A stretch of DNA of 64,000 nucleotides from Anthoceros angustus (Eukaryota > Plantae > Anthocerotophyta), in contig VJWM01000003.1 of assembly GCA_010909165.1 (NCBI GenBank), forward strand, positions 372,001 through 436,000, given 5' to 3'. How positions within the stretch are numbered: position 1 is the stretch's first letter; every line of letters begins with the position of its first letter. Under the pieces are notes generated by a model. The model searched no databases, was not told where the DNA came from, and saw only the letters and a list, made by a program, of their open reading frames with translations. Below are positions 1-10,904 of the stretch, piece after piece. The position numbers and the translations under genes were made by a program.

Positions 1-1647
1 ATTTTAAACCCACTGCTGAGTGGTATCTCGACACAGAGCCACACTCATATTTGCTTTGATGAACGCATTCTTAACATACAGTGCCACTTGTCGACCAAGA
101 TGTGTATCTTGAGACGATAGGTCTCTTGTCTCTCCCGAGGTATCAGAGACTTGCCCCACCGGACTAACCCTCAAATTGCGGATGTCTACTATGTACCGAC
201 ATGACAAGAAACCTCATCTCGCTTAGAAGATCGAATGCATAATAGCAGCCATGTGCTATTTACTAGAAGATCCGATTATAGATGCATTTGACCATAGGAA
301 GGTACTTGCATATGGGTCTTGGACCATGACCGCTTGCCTCCATTTGAATAGTGGAATAGTTGAGTCCCACTTGACACAGGATGTCTCCAAGGCATCAGCA
401 CAACAGATAACTAAATCTCAGTTGTGGCATGCCCGCTTAGGTCACCCACACATGGCAAAGCTGCAAAAGTTAGCAGTTAGTGACCTTTACCAGGATGGAC
501 CCATTGGTCCCTTGACCTCAATTCCATTATGTGAGGCTTGTGTTCTTTCGAAGAGACATCAAGCAGCCTTCAAAAATCAGGCCCCTCACCGCAAGTGATC
601 TTCTTGAACTTGTCCACACAGATTTGTGTGGACCTCTGTCCCAGGATTCAATTGGTGGAGGAAAATATTTCCTCACATTCACCGATGACAAGAGCAGATT
701 TGTCACAACATACATCCTGAAACAGAAGAGCGAGTGTTTCTCCTACTTCAAGGAGTATATCAAGTTTGCTGAACGATGGACAGGGAAGCAGCTGAAAACC
801 TTAAGATCAGATAATGGTGGGGAATTCACATCAAATGAATTCCAGGCCTATTGCAAGGATGAAGGAATAGGTAGATGACTCACGCTTGTCTACACTCCAG
901 CAACGGGTGGCGAGCTCAACCTCACATTGCGAAATGACCTCCTCTTTGCTCCATGACGACAAATGCCCATATTTGAGGCCCTTATGACTTCAACTTACCT
1001 ACGCATAAAGTTACCTACTAACGTTAATGGATGACCCCATATGAGGTGTTCACGGAAGGAAGCCATCTCTTAAACATTTAAGGACCTTTGGTTGCCTTGC
1101 CTACGCCTTTATCCCTAAAGAGAAGCGGAAGAAGCTTTCAGACAAAGCTAGAAAGCTACTCATGCTGGGATATACAGAGGGCATAAAAGCATACAAACTG
1201 TATGATGTTCCCACCAACAAAGTTATTTATGCTCGGAGTGTTACCTTTAATGAGGCACGCACTTGGGCTTCAGTGGGAGCACAGCAGCATCCTCCAGCCA
1301 CAGATGACGATTCGGATGACATCTCAGTCACTCATTTTGATCTTTCTGACCATGGCACTCAGTCCCTAGCTCCAGCCCTTGAGAATATTGCTCCTGCTGG
1401 TGGGGAATATGCAGTACAGGCACAAGCAGCTCTAGATGACGCAGCCACTATGCCGCACCTCATACAGATCAATTTCCTCCGCCCCGACGATGATACACAA
1501 CGATCTTGCTCAACGACCCAGGTTGATACTGATGATGACACGCTTGAGGACATACCTGATGAACCCGATGAAGCACCTCCAGAGCCAGAACCTGTCCGGC
1601 GATATCCTACTCGTGACAGAAGACCCCCTGATTATTATTGTGCCCCT

Positions 1648-2920
1648 GACTTCAGAACTTCTTCCCATAATGTGAGGGTCAATGGCGCAACCTCTCTTGA
1701 TCCCATAGAACCTCAAACCTATGCTGAGGCATTGACTAGACCTGATCACAAGGAGTGGGAGAAAGCTATACAGTTAGAATATGACTCGCTCATAGAAAAT
1801 GGCACATGGGAGATAGCAAAATTACCCCCTGGCAGGAAAATGGTGTCTTGTAAATGGGTCTTCAAATTAAAGGTGAAAGCTGATGGTACCTTTGACAGGT
1901 ACAAAGCTAGGCTAGTAGCAAGAGGATTCTCTCGATTCTCGGACTTGATTACTTAGAGACTTTCGCTCCGTTGTAAAACTAGCCACACTCCGCGTCCTCC
2001 TTGCAGTATCAACATACAATGATTATGAACTGCAAATGTATGACGTTAAAACTGCTTTCTTGCATGGAAAGCTGGACACAGAGATATACATGCAGCAACC
2101 TCCTGGTTTTGAGGTGGAAGGGAAAGAGGACCATGTATGCAGACTTATCAAGTGTCTGTATGGTCTTCAACAGTCTGCTATGAAGTGGAATGCAGAGTTG
2201 GACTCAGAACTCCAAGCCCTAGACTTCACTAAAAGCCTTGCATTTGTAGCCTCTACATTTAGAAAAGAAGATGTAATGTTACTCCGGCGTACGCTGACTT
2301 GAACTTCTTCCCATAATGTGAGGGTCAATGCGCAACCTCTCTTGATCCCATAGAACCTCAAACCTATCTTTGAGGCGTTGACTAGACTGATCACAAGGAG
2401 TGGGAGAAAGCTATCTGATTAGAATATGACTCGCTCATAGAAAATGGCACATGGGAGATAGCAAAATTACCCCCTGGCAGGAAAATGGTGTCTTGTAAAT
2501 GGGTCTTCAAATTAAAGGTGAAAGCTGATGGTACCTTTGACAGGTACAAAGCTAGGCTAGTAGCAAGAGGATTCTCTCAGATTCCTGGACTTGATTACTT
2601 AGAGACTTTCGCTCCCGTTGTAAAACTAGCCACACTCCGCGTCCTCCTTGCAGTATCAACATACAATGATTATGAACTGCAAATGTATGACGTTAAACGC
2701 CTTCTTGCATGGAAAGCTGGACACAGAGATATACATGCGGAACCTCCTTTTGAGGTGGAAGGAAAGAGGACCATGTATGTAGACTTATCAAGTGTCTGTA
2801 TGGTCTTAAACAGTCTGCTATGAAGTGGAATGCGAGTTGGACTCGAACTCCAAGCCCTAGACTTCACTAAAAGCCTTGCAGACGGTAGCCTCTACATTTA
2901 CTGAGAAAAGAAGATGTAAT
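1648..2920 (+). repeat. Tandem duplication (~640 bp) of the copia RT 5' region
   Basis: 1648-~2280 recurs at 2296-~2920 (gaacttcttcccataatgtgagggtcaatg...); the MVSCKWVFKLKVKADG peptide appears twice. Confidence 0.9.
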
Positions 2921-3156
2921 CATTACAGCGGTATCGTTGTGACTTGATTACAAGCAACGCCAGACTTTATAAAGAAAATAACAGACATGCTTGCTAAGAG
3001 ATTCAAAATGTCCATCTTGGACCTTTACATATGCCTTGGTATACACATACAAAGAAATAGGCTAGGATTATGACACTTACATGCCCTAGATATCTCTCGG
3101 AAAGTGCAGAGCAACTTGGCCTCAAGGATGCCAAACTCGCAACACCCATGCCCACA

Positions 3157-4697
3157 GGATCGAGGCTTAGCAAGCTCATGTCCCTTCAACACAAGAAGAA
3201 AAGGAACATATGAGGGAATTCCTTACAGTGTGGTGTTGGGAAGTTGATATATGCTTCAACACAACAAGGTTAGAAGTTGCCTACACCACAAGCGTACTCG
3301 CAATTCTTGGAGAATCCAGTCAAGAACATCGGACTAGTTTGAAACGTGTCTTCCGATACCTAAAAGGCACACCAACATGGGCATCGATACAAACATGAGA
3401 AGGAAAACCCTAGACCTTGAAGTCTTTAGACTCGACTATGCGGTGATATTGATGAAAAACTGCTCGGCTATGTCATATCAGTTGCTGGAGGACCAGTCTA
3501 TTGGTCGAGCAAAAAACAGCCCACTGTGGCTTTATCCTCGACTGAAGCAGAGTATAGAGTCCTGACGGCAGCAGCTAAAGAAATTGTGTGGTGCAAGTTA
3601 CTCTTCCAGGACTTGGGTATACCAATTCCCACCTGTACAGCAATTAACACAGACAATCAGGGTTCCATGTCACTTGCTAAGAACCCGGTGTTTCATGCAC
3701 GCACGAAACATGTGGAGGTCGAATACCACTACATCAGAGGTCTGGTGACAACAGGAAAAATTGAACTGCAATATGTACCGACTCAAGACAATCCTGCGGA
3801 CATACTTACCAAGGCTCTCAGCCGAGAGCTCCACAACAAACATGTTCAGAGTTTGGGGCTTGGGGACTCAAGCGAGTTCTTGACCTCAACTACCAACAAG
3901 GTCTAATCCAAGCAAACCTAAAAACCAGAGTCGAAACTAGGATCGAGGCTTAGCAAGCTCATGTCCCTTCAACACAAGAAGAAAAGGAACATATGAGGGA
4001 ATTCCTTAGGGGTGTTGGGAAGCTGATATATGCTTCAAACACAACAAGGTTAGAAGTTGCCTACACCACAAGCGTACTCTCGCAATTCTTGGAGAATCCA
4101 GGTCAAGAACCGGACTAGTTTGAAACGTGTCTTCCGATACCTAAAAGGCACAGCCAACATGGGCATCGAGATACAAACATGAGAAGGAAAACCCTAGACC
4201 TCAAGTCTTCTGGACTCGACTATGCGGTGATATTGATGTTGTACATCTCTGGCTATGTCATATCGATTCTTGGAGGACCGATCATTGGTCGAGCAAAAAA
4301 CAGCCCATCGTGGCTTTATCCTCGGTAGCAGTTAAGTCGGCTAAAGAAATTGTGTGGTGCAAGTTACTCTTCCAGACTTGGGTATACCAATTCCCACATC
4401 TGACAGTGCCGACAATCGTGGTTCCATGTCACTTGCTAAGAACCCGGTGTTTCATGCACGCACGAAACATGTGGAGGTCGAATACCACTACATCGAGGTC
4501 CGGTGACAACAGGAAAAATTGAAGCGCAATATGTACCGACTCAAGACAATCCTGGACATACTTACCAAGGCTCTCACCGAGAGCTCCACAACAAACATGT
4601 TCGTAGTTTGGGGCTTGGGGACTCAAGCGAGTTCTTGACCTCAACTACCAACAAGGTCTAATCCAAGCAAACCTAAAACCAGTCGAAACTAGGATCC
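3157..4697 (+). repeat. Tandem duplication (~780 bp) of the copia RT-end/RNase H region
   Basis: ggatcgaggcttagcaagctcatgtcc begins at ~3157 and ~3940; both copies end in ...gtcgaaactaggatc. Confidence 0.9.
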
Positions 4698-6249
4698 GAG
4701 GAGTAACCAAATCAATTTCCTCTCCATCAGAAGACTCGAGGCGATTCATCCTCATATGAATCTTTTCCGTAGTCGCTAATGATGAGAAGCTCTCATCGGA
4801 CCTTGGAGAATTACGTTTCCTCGCTCTTCATAGGAAATCCTCTCCTCTTTCAAGGTCTTCCTCTTCTTCAATCCTCAAGTTGGAACCTTGAGGCAGTGGG
4901 AGTAGTTAGCAATCGATGGCTAAGGCTTGGTCAAGATAAATGGAAACACGCAGGATGTAAGCGGCAAAGGGACTTACGATATATGCTTACAACGTGCCAC
5001 AGGTAGGCGCGAGGCGCACATCAACACGCTTCATGATGATCTCGACTCTTCCATAGTCACGGTCTTGTGCAGTTGGCGTTTGAGGACGAGCAAGAGTTGC
5101 ATAACTCACCGTTTAGTCTCCGTAGATAATCGTTGGGCCTAGGAAATTTCGAGGCGGTGAGGGTGAGCTTCATCTTCGATCTACTCACTGAACGGATGCT
5201 TCTTCACGGACTTGTCACCGCGGCTCTTCTTTCTCTAACGCCATTGGTTCCCTTGGGCGTCCTCTTCCTCTCTTTGCGGCTTTGCAGCGGAGCTCACTTG
5301 GGCGATTGTTCTCGGCAAGAATCGCGGGCGTCACGAGGTTGAGCTCGGCTTGAGAGCAGATCGGACTGGAGGCGGAGACATGGTGGCGGCGATCTTGCGC
5401 TCTAGCACCTCGAGAGTAAGAGACTCGGGAAGTATGCGGTGAGGAAGGCGCACCTCATTTGTGCCGTCTTCACACCGGAACAAGGCATCTTGCTCGAGAT
5501 ATGGCTAGGCGTAACGATTCTGAGAAGCGGGCTATGGCGCTAGAAGAATCAATACACCGGTGAACTCCGGTTCCACGGCTAGTGAGCTCGGAGGGGTACA
5601 ATTGAAATCATGATCAACAAGTGGGAGTATGAGAATAGATGTGTTGGAGTCATGATTAGGGTTGTATTAATTGGGTTTAGTTAAAGCTATAGTACATGAC
5701 CGTTCATTAGGGTTACGCTTGAGAAGCGTTATGTCTTTTCACATTTAGTTTAAGTTGTCTTTTCATGCATAAGCACTTTAACCCCTTTCTTGATATACAA
5801 TGTAATTACTTAATGATGTGATTTATTTCTACATAATCTATATAATATTGTTAAGGCCGAAAGAGAAATCTGGTCCATTCGACAGGACCGGACTAAGTTT
5901 CTTCAGCTGGGTGAGCAGCTGAAGCAGGCACAGGAGGCCCAAAGCGCGGGCTGAGGATCTCTGCCAACGAAGGAGGGAGGTGCAGCAGGAGGCGGAGAGG
6001 GCTCGCGACCTGGTTGAGGCGGCTCGCTGCCCAACAGCACCGAGGCTTAGCAAGGCAAGACGGAAGCGGAAGCCACGCAGGCAGGCGCGATCACTATTGG
6101 CGTGATCGAAACCGTGGAGGGAGGCGGCAGCCGGCCAACCCGAAGGCCGAGCAGTGCAGCTGAGCAAGCACGGCGAGCCGTGAGGAGGCATCGGAGGTCA
6201 AGACCCGAGATCGGGGACCTCGGGGTGCAGTGGAGGTAGAGGCGGCGAG

Positions 6250-6870
6250 ATGGAGGACAAGGACACCTTGGAGTTGCAACTCCAAGACGCATCGGAGCAG
6301 CAGGGGGTTCTCAACGAGAGAATCCAAGACTTCGAGCGAGAGATAGAACGCCTCCAGCTCCGCCTGAAGACGGAGGAGAATAGGCGGCGGTGCAAGGAGT
6401 TCGACGTCGCAAGGCTGCAGCAGGAGATGGCGGAAGTCAGGAGTCGAACGGGGATACCGGCCCGCCTGGAGAAGGAAGTAGCGGACCTCCGGGAAAGAGT
6501 AGACGGAGGGAGGAAAGCACTGGAGGAGAAGCAAGCACGGGCGAGCCGTGAGGAGGCAGAGGGGGAGCTCAGCCCCATGGCCCGCAAATTGGCGGAGCTG
6601 GAACAACGACGGGAGGTGGAGAACGTCGAGCAGCAGCGAAGGCTGCAAGAGGTAACGGAGGCAGCCCTGACGGCCTCAAGGAGTCCGCCACCATACCGTA
6701 AGCTTGGCCACGAGACGGGCCAGGCCGACGACATGCCCACCGGAGCACCTCCGGAGGAGGAGGCGAGAGGGCTCGGCTCATGTGGAAGAGGCGATTCAGC
6801 AAGTCGATTCCGACTTCGCCTACTACCACGCAGAGCTCCTCAAGGCTCTGGAGGTCCTGCGCCACCCTAG
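6250..6870 (+). pseudogene. Glu/Arg-rich coiled-coil ORF inside the repeat element, probably frameshifted and transposon-derived
   Basis: 206-aa ORF MEDKDTLELQLQDASEQQGVLNERIQDFEREIERLQLRL...; coding-like sequence continues in another frame (AHVEEAIQQVDSDFAYYHAELLKALEVL). Confidence 0.4.
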
Positions 6871-8527
6871 GCGGAGGTGGACCCCAAGGTCGGAAGGAGG
6901 TGCAAGGGAGGACGGACCTAGAGGTCCGGACCCGGAGGAGACCGGACCTAGAGGTCCGGACCCGGAGGGAGGAGGAGGAGGAGAGCAGCGGAAGGAGCCG
7001 GAGGAGGAAGGGGTCGCTGCAGGAGGTAAGCACTGACACCCTCACATGGAAGAGGAGGCGGATCTTGGGGAGGCTGCGGAAGGCAACCGGGCATTCGGGA
7101 ACCAAGGAGGGCTCGGGATGAGCCCGTGATCACCCGGCAAGGAGGCGGACCCGAGTCTGGGTCGGACTTTGTCCGGACTCGAGGAAAGGCCGGATCCCAA
7201 GTCCGACCCCGAAGGTCGGAAGGAGGTGCAAGGGAGGACGGACCGGGACCGGAGCCCTAGGAGCGCTGTTTGACGACGGCAGCAGCAGCAGCGAGGGAGA
7301 GCAGCGGAAGGAGCCAGGAGGAGGAAGGGTCGCTACACCGGAGGTAAGCACTCGACACCCTCACATGGAAGGACGGGAGGCGGATCTTGGGGAGGCTGCG
7401 GAAAGGCCGCAACCGGGCATTCGGGAACCAAGGGAGGGCTCAGTGGATGAGCCCGTGATCAGCCCGGCAAGGAGGCAGACCCAGGAGCCTGCGGGTCCGG
7501 ACTTTGTCCGGACTCCTGAGGAAAGGCCGGATCCCGAAGTCCGACCCTCAAGGAGTTTGGACTTAGAGATCCAAACTCTAGTGACGAGTCCGAACCCTGA
7601 GGTTCGGACTCCAGGGGAAGGGTTGGGTCCAGAGGACCGGACCCCAGAGGCAAGTCCGGACCCCGAGGTCCGGACTCCAGAAAGAAGGCCGGACACAGGA
7701 GACCGGACCCCAGAGGGGAGACCGGACCCCAGAGGGAAGACCGGACCTAGAGGTCCGGACTCCGGAGTCGGGACGGGGTCCTGAGGTCCAGACTAGGGGA
7801 GTGGAGGAGAGCCACCAATCACCAGCCCCAGCAGATCCAGCCCCTGGAGGGCCCATTGCGCAGGGGCCCGCCAGAGAGATAAGAGAGGAGGGCGAGGAAG
7901 ATTTAGTGGTGGCCCGGTTGTACGCCGCCTGGCGCCTGACAAACCCTCGGGGAGAGGAAGGGGTCCCGCCTCACGGATCATTCGATTGGGCGCGCCGCAA
8001 TCGTCAGGGCTCGGCTTTGGGCCGCCGGTGCCAAGAAGGAATCAGGGGCCATCCCAGCCCCACCACCGACGGCGGCGATAGGAGGAATAGGGAAAATAGT
8101 AGGCGGCCGGTTAGGGCACACTGAGCTGGCCCTCAGCTCAGAATAGAGGTGTAATAAAGGCGCCGACCTTCGGCGTAGTATAAGAGGGCTGAGGCCGCTC
8201 TGAATAAATCATCTTCTCTTGGTGTTGATGCCGCGTTTTCTTGCAGACCTTTGTGTGTCTTCATGCTAACGTGAGTCCTGAGTCATCGAAAGGTACGACA
8301 CCCGAAGAGATCGATCAAGGTCCCGTGACGACCCTAACGTGTGGTGGTGTGTGCGGGGAAGGCGGGACCCTTGTTCGTCCGGAGGCGGACCCGAGGTCCG
8401 GACCCGAGGTCCGGACCCGGAGGGCATCTGAGCCGGAGGAACTCAGGAGGGCATGCAGAGCCCGGACGGAGGCCCGCTGAGCGACGGAGGAGGTCCGGTT
8501 GTGTACCACCTCCTTCCCAAAGTTGAT

Positions 8528-8678
8528 GAGAGTGGTGAGAGTGGTGAGGAGTGGTGAGAGTGGTGAGAGTGGTGAGTGGTGAGAGTGGTGAGTGGTGAGA
8601 GTGGTGAGAGTGGTGAGAGTGGTGAGAGTGGTGAGGAGTGGTGAGTGGTGAGAGTGGTGAGTGGTGAGAGTGGTGAGA
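8528..8678 (+). repeat. (GAGAGTGGT)n 9-bp tandem repeat with 7- and 10-bp variants
   Basis: Directly visible, ~150 bp. Confidence 0.95.
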
Positions 8679-9370
8679 GGAACGGGTCCCGAGGTCCAGA
8701 CTAGGAGTGGAGGAGAGCCACCAATCACCAGCCCAAGATCCGGCCCACTGGAGGGCCCATTGCGCAGGGCCCGCCAGAGATAAGGAGGAGGCGAGGAAGA
8801 TTTAGTGGTGCCTTGTCGGCCATGGCGTGCTGACAAACCCTCGGGAGAGGAAGGGGTCCCGCCTCACGGATCATTCGATTGGCGCCTGCAATCGTGGCCG
8901 CGGTGCCAAGAAGGAATCAGGGGCCATCCACCACCGACGCGATAGGAGGAATAGGGAAAATAGTAGGCGGCGGTTAGGGCACACCGAGGCCCTCACCGTA
9001 ATAGAGGTGTAATAAAGGCGCCGACCTTGAGCGTAGTGTAAGAGGGCCGAGGCCGCCTCAATAAATCATCTTCTCTTGGTGTTGATGCTGCTTTCTTGCG
9101 GACCTTCGTGTGTCTTCATGCTAACGTGAGTCCCGAGTCATCGAAAGGTGCACGCTCAAGAGATCGATCAAGGTCCCGTGACGACCAACGTGTGGTGGTG
9201 TGTGCAGGAAGAGCGATCGGGGACCCTTGTTCGCCCGCAGCAGCCCCACGATGGACCGAACGCAGGAAGCCGGAGGAACTCCGGAGGGCATGCAGAGCCC
9301 GGACGGAGGCCCGCTGAGCGACGGAGGAGGTCCTGACTGCAGCTACTCATGCGTTCCTTCCCAAAGTTGA

Positions 9371-9522
9371 TGAGAGTGGTGAGAGTGGTGAGAGAGTGGT
9401 GAGAGTGGTGAGTGGTGAGGTGGTGAGAGTGGTGAGAGTGGTGAGAGTGGTGAGAGTGGTGAGTGGTGAGAGTGGTGAGGAGTGGTGAGAGTGGTGAGAG
9501 TGGTGAGAGTGAGAGTGGTGAG
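9371..9522 (+). repeat. (GAGAGTGGT)n 9-bp tandem repeat, second copy
   Basis: Directly visible; preceded by the same ttcccaaagttgat flank as the first tract. Confidence 0.95.
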
Positions 9523-9898
9523 AGGAACGGACTAGAGGAACGAGTGACGTGCGTGAACGATACGGACGCAAACGGGTCCTTAAACGTTTGGCCACACCGG
9601 GCCTGTTCGGTGAACGTTAGGAGTAGTTAGGCGCAAAACGACGATTGTGTGTGTTAAGGCTGAGCGGTCACAAAGTAAGGTGAGAATCGATCGAAACGCG
9701 GCAAACGGAGCTTATCATTCTCTTGGGAGCGGACTCCTTACTACAACGACACGGGATTGTGCGCGCCCGGCTGACCGTCAGCAAAAGTCGCGCCACACCT
9801 AGCTAGTGAGCTTGTCATTGAGCCAAGGGTAGTAGCTAGTTGTGGAGAGCCTAGCTAGTGAGCTTGTTGTTGAACCAAAGGTAGTAGCTAGTTGGTTG

Positions 9899-10117
9899 GT
9901 CTTACTTGGAACTTAGTGCTGCGTCTTACTTGGAGCTTAGTGCTGCGTCTTACTTGGAGCTTAGTGCTGCGTCTTACTTGGAGCCTAGTCTTACTTGGAG
10001 CTTAGTCTTACTTGGAGCCTAGTCTTACTTGGAGCTTCATGCTGCGTCTTACTTGGAGCCTAGTTTTACAGGGAGCTTAGTGCTGCGTCTTACTTGGAGC
10101 TTAGTGCTACGTCTAAC
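9899..10117 (+). repeat. 24-bp minisatellite GTCTTACTTGGAGCTTAGTGCTGC with 17-bp truncated units
   Basis: About 10 units visible. Confidence 0.9.
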
Positions 10118-10904
10118 TTCGAGGCTAGTGCAGCGCCTTGAGATTGAGAGCCTTGAGAGTTGTGCAAGTCTCTATGTGAAAAGAATTGGCTGGGAAGCCA
10201 GCACTTGCTGCTTTCTACTGACTGGCATTATTCTTAGGCCTTATTATGAACCCCTAGCTATTGGAGAGCGATGATTAACCAAACCCATCGAGGAAAACAT
10301 TAGTTCGTGAAGTTGAACGAGAACCTAAGACCTTTCACATCTCGCAATGCTTGTGGACATCATGGGAACACGGTCTAGGTAATATGTATAAAAAAATTTG
10401 GAGGAAAAGATCCTCCAGACATTCACAGTGCTTAGCGGAGATGGCTCTACCCATCTCTTTAATTAGCATGAAGATCCTGTTCTGAGGCAGATTCGCTTTA
10501 GAATAATTATACTACAGTACTAAATAGGTACCTAATGCACAGATGCATTAATAGATAATCAAAAGAAAAGTACGATCAAAACTACGACCAAGGACATTGA
10601 TTCCGACTTTGGAATCAATGCAACAATGCCAAATAAGCTTGAAGATTCACCACATCCAGGATCTCACATGGATGCAATGAAAAACGTTTGAGCAGAAGTG
10701 CCACACTCAAACTCCTCGATAAGCAGTTGCAGCAGGCTCTAAATTACGTGTCTTCAGCATAAGTTACTCCTGTCACTTAAGGCCGAAGAGTCCGAAGAGA
10801 TGCTGGGACCAGCATAAGAATTAGTGCTACACTCAAGGACAGGATAGCAGATTCCACTGCTGCATCACTTTTGCATGCATTTCTCCATCCTGGCATTTCG
10901 GAAC

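Larger units (their letters stand above)
1..5848 (+). mobile_element. Degenerate Ty1/copia LTR retrotransposon (pol region, 3' region and probable start of 3' LTR); 5' part lies outside the window
   Basis: Domains occur in copia order: GAG-pre-integrase LWHARLGH...CEACVLSK (~420-550), integrase LVHTDLCGP...LRSDNGGEF (~605-878), RT WVFKLK...YKARLVARGF and DVKTAFLHG (~1850-2300), RNase H ALSSTEAEY...DNQG...RTKHVEVEYH...ADILTK (3526-3906). Many frameshifts and stops. Purine tract AAGTGGGAG at ~5619 precedes an AT-rich LTR-like segment (TGTTGG ~5642). Confidence 0.93.
5849..9590 (+). mobile_element. Unclassified GC-rich repeat element, possibly a long LTR or non-autonomous retroelement, with a coiled-coil ORF and (GAGAGTGGT)n tracts
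   Basis: Begins TGTTAAGG (5849) and ends near CCTTAAAC (~9580), an imperfect terminal inverted repeat. Contains TATAAG and AATAAA motifs (8150-8210, 9010-9065), many GGTCCGGACC palindromic motifs, and internal direct repeats 6880-7212/7213-7548 and 7775-8678/8679-9522. Confidence 0.5.

Noticed and set aside
8528-9522. Interstitial telomere
   Set aside because: GAGAGTGGT is not TTTAGGG-like and is embedded in a duplicated element.
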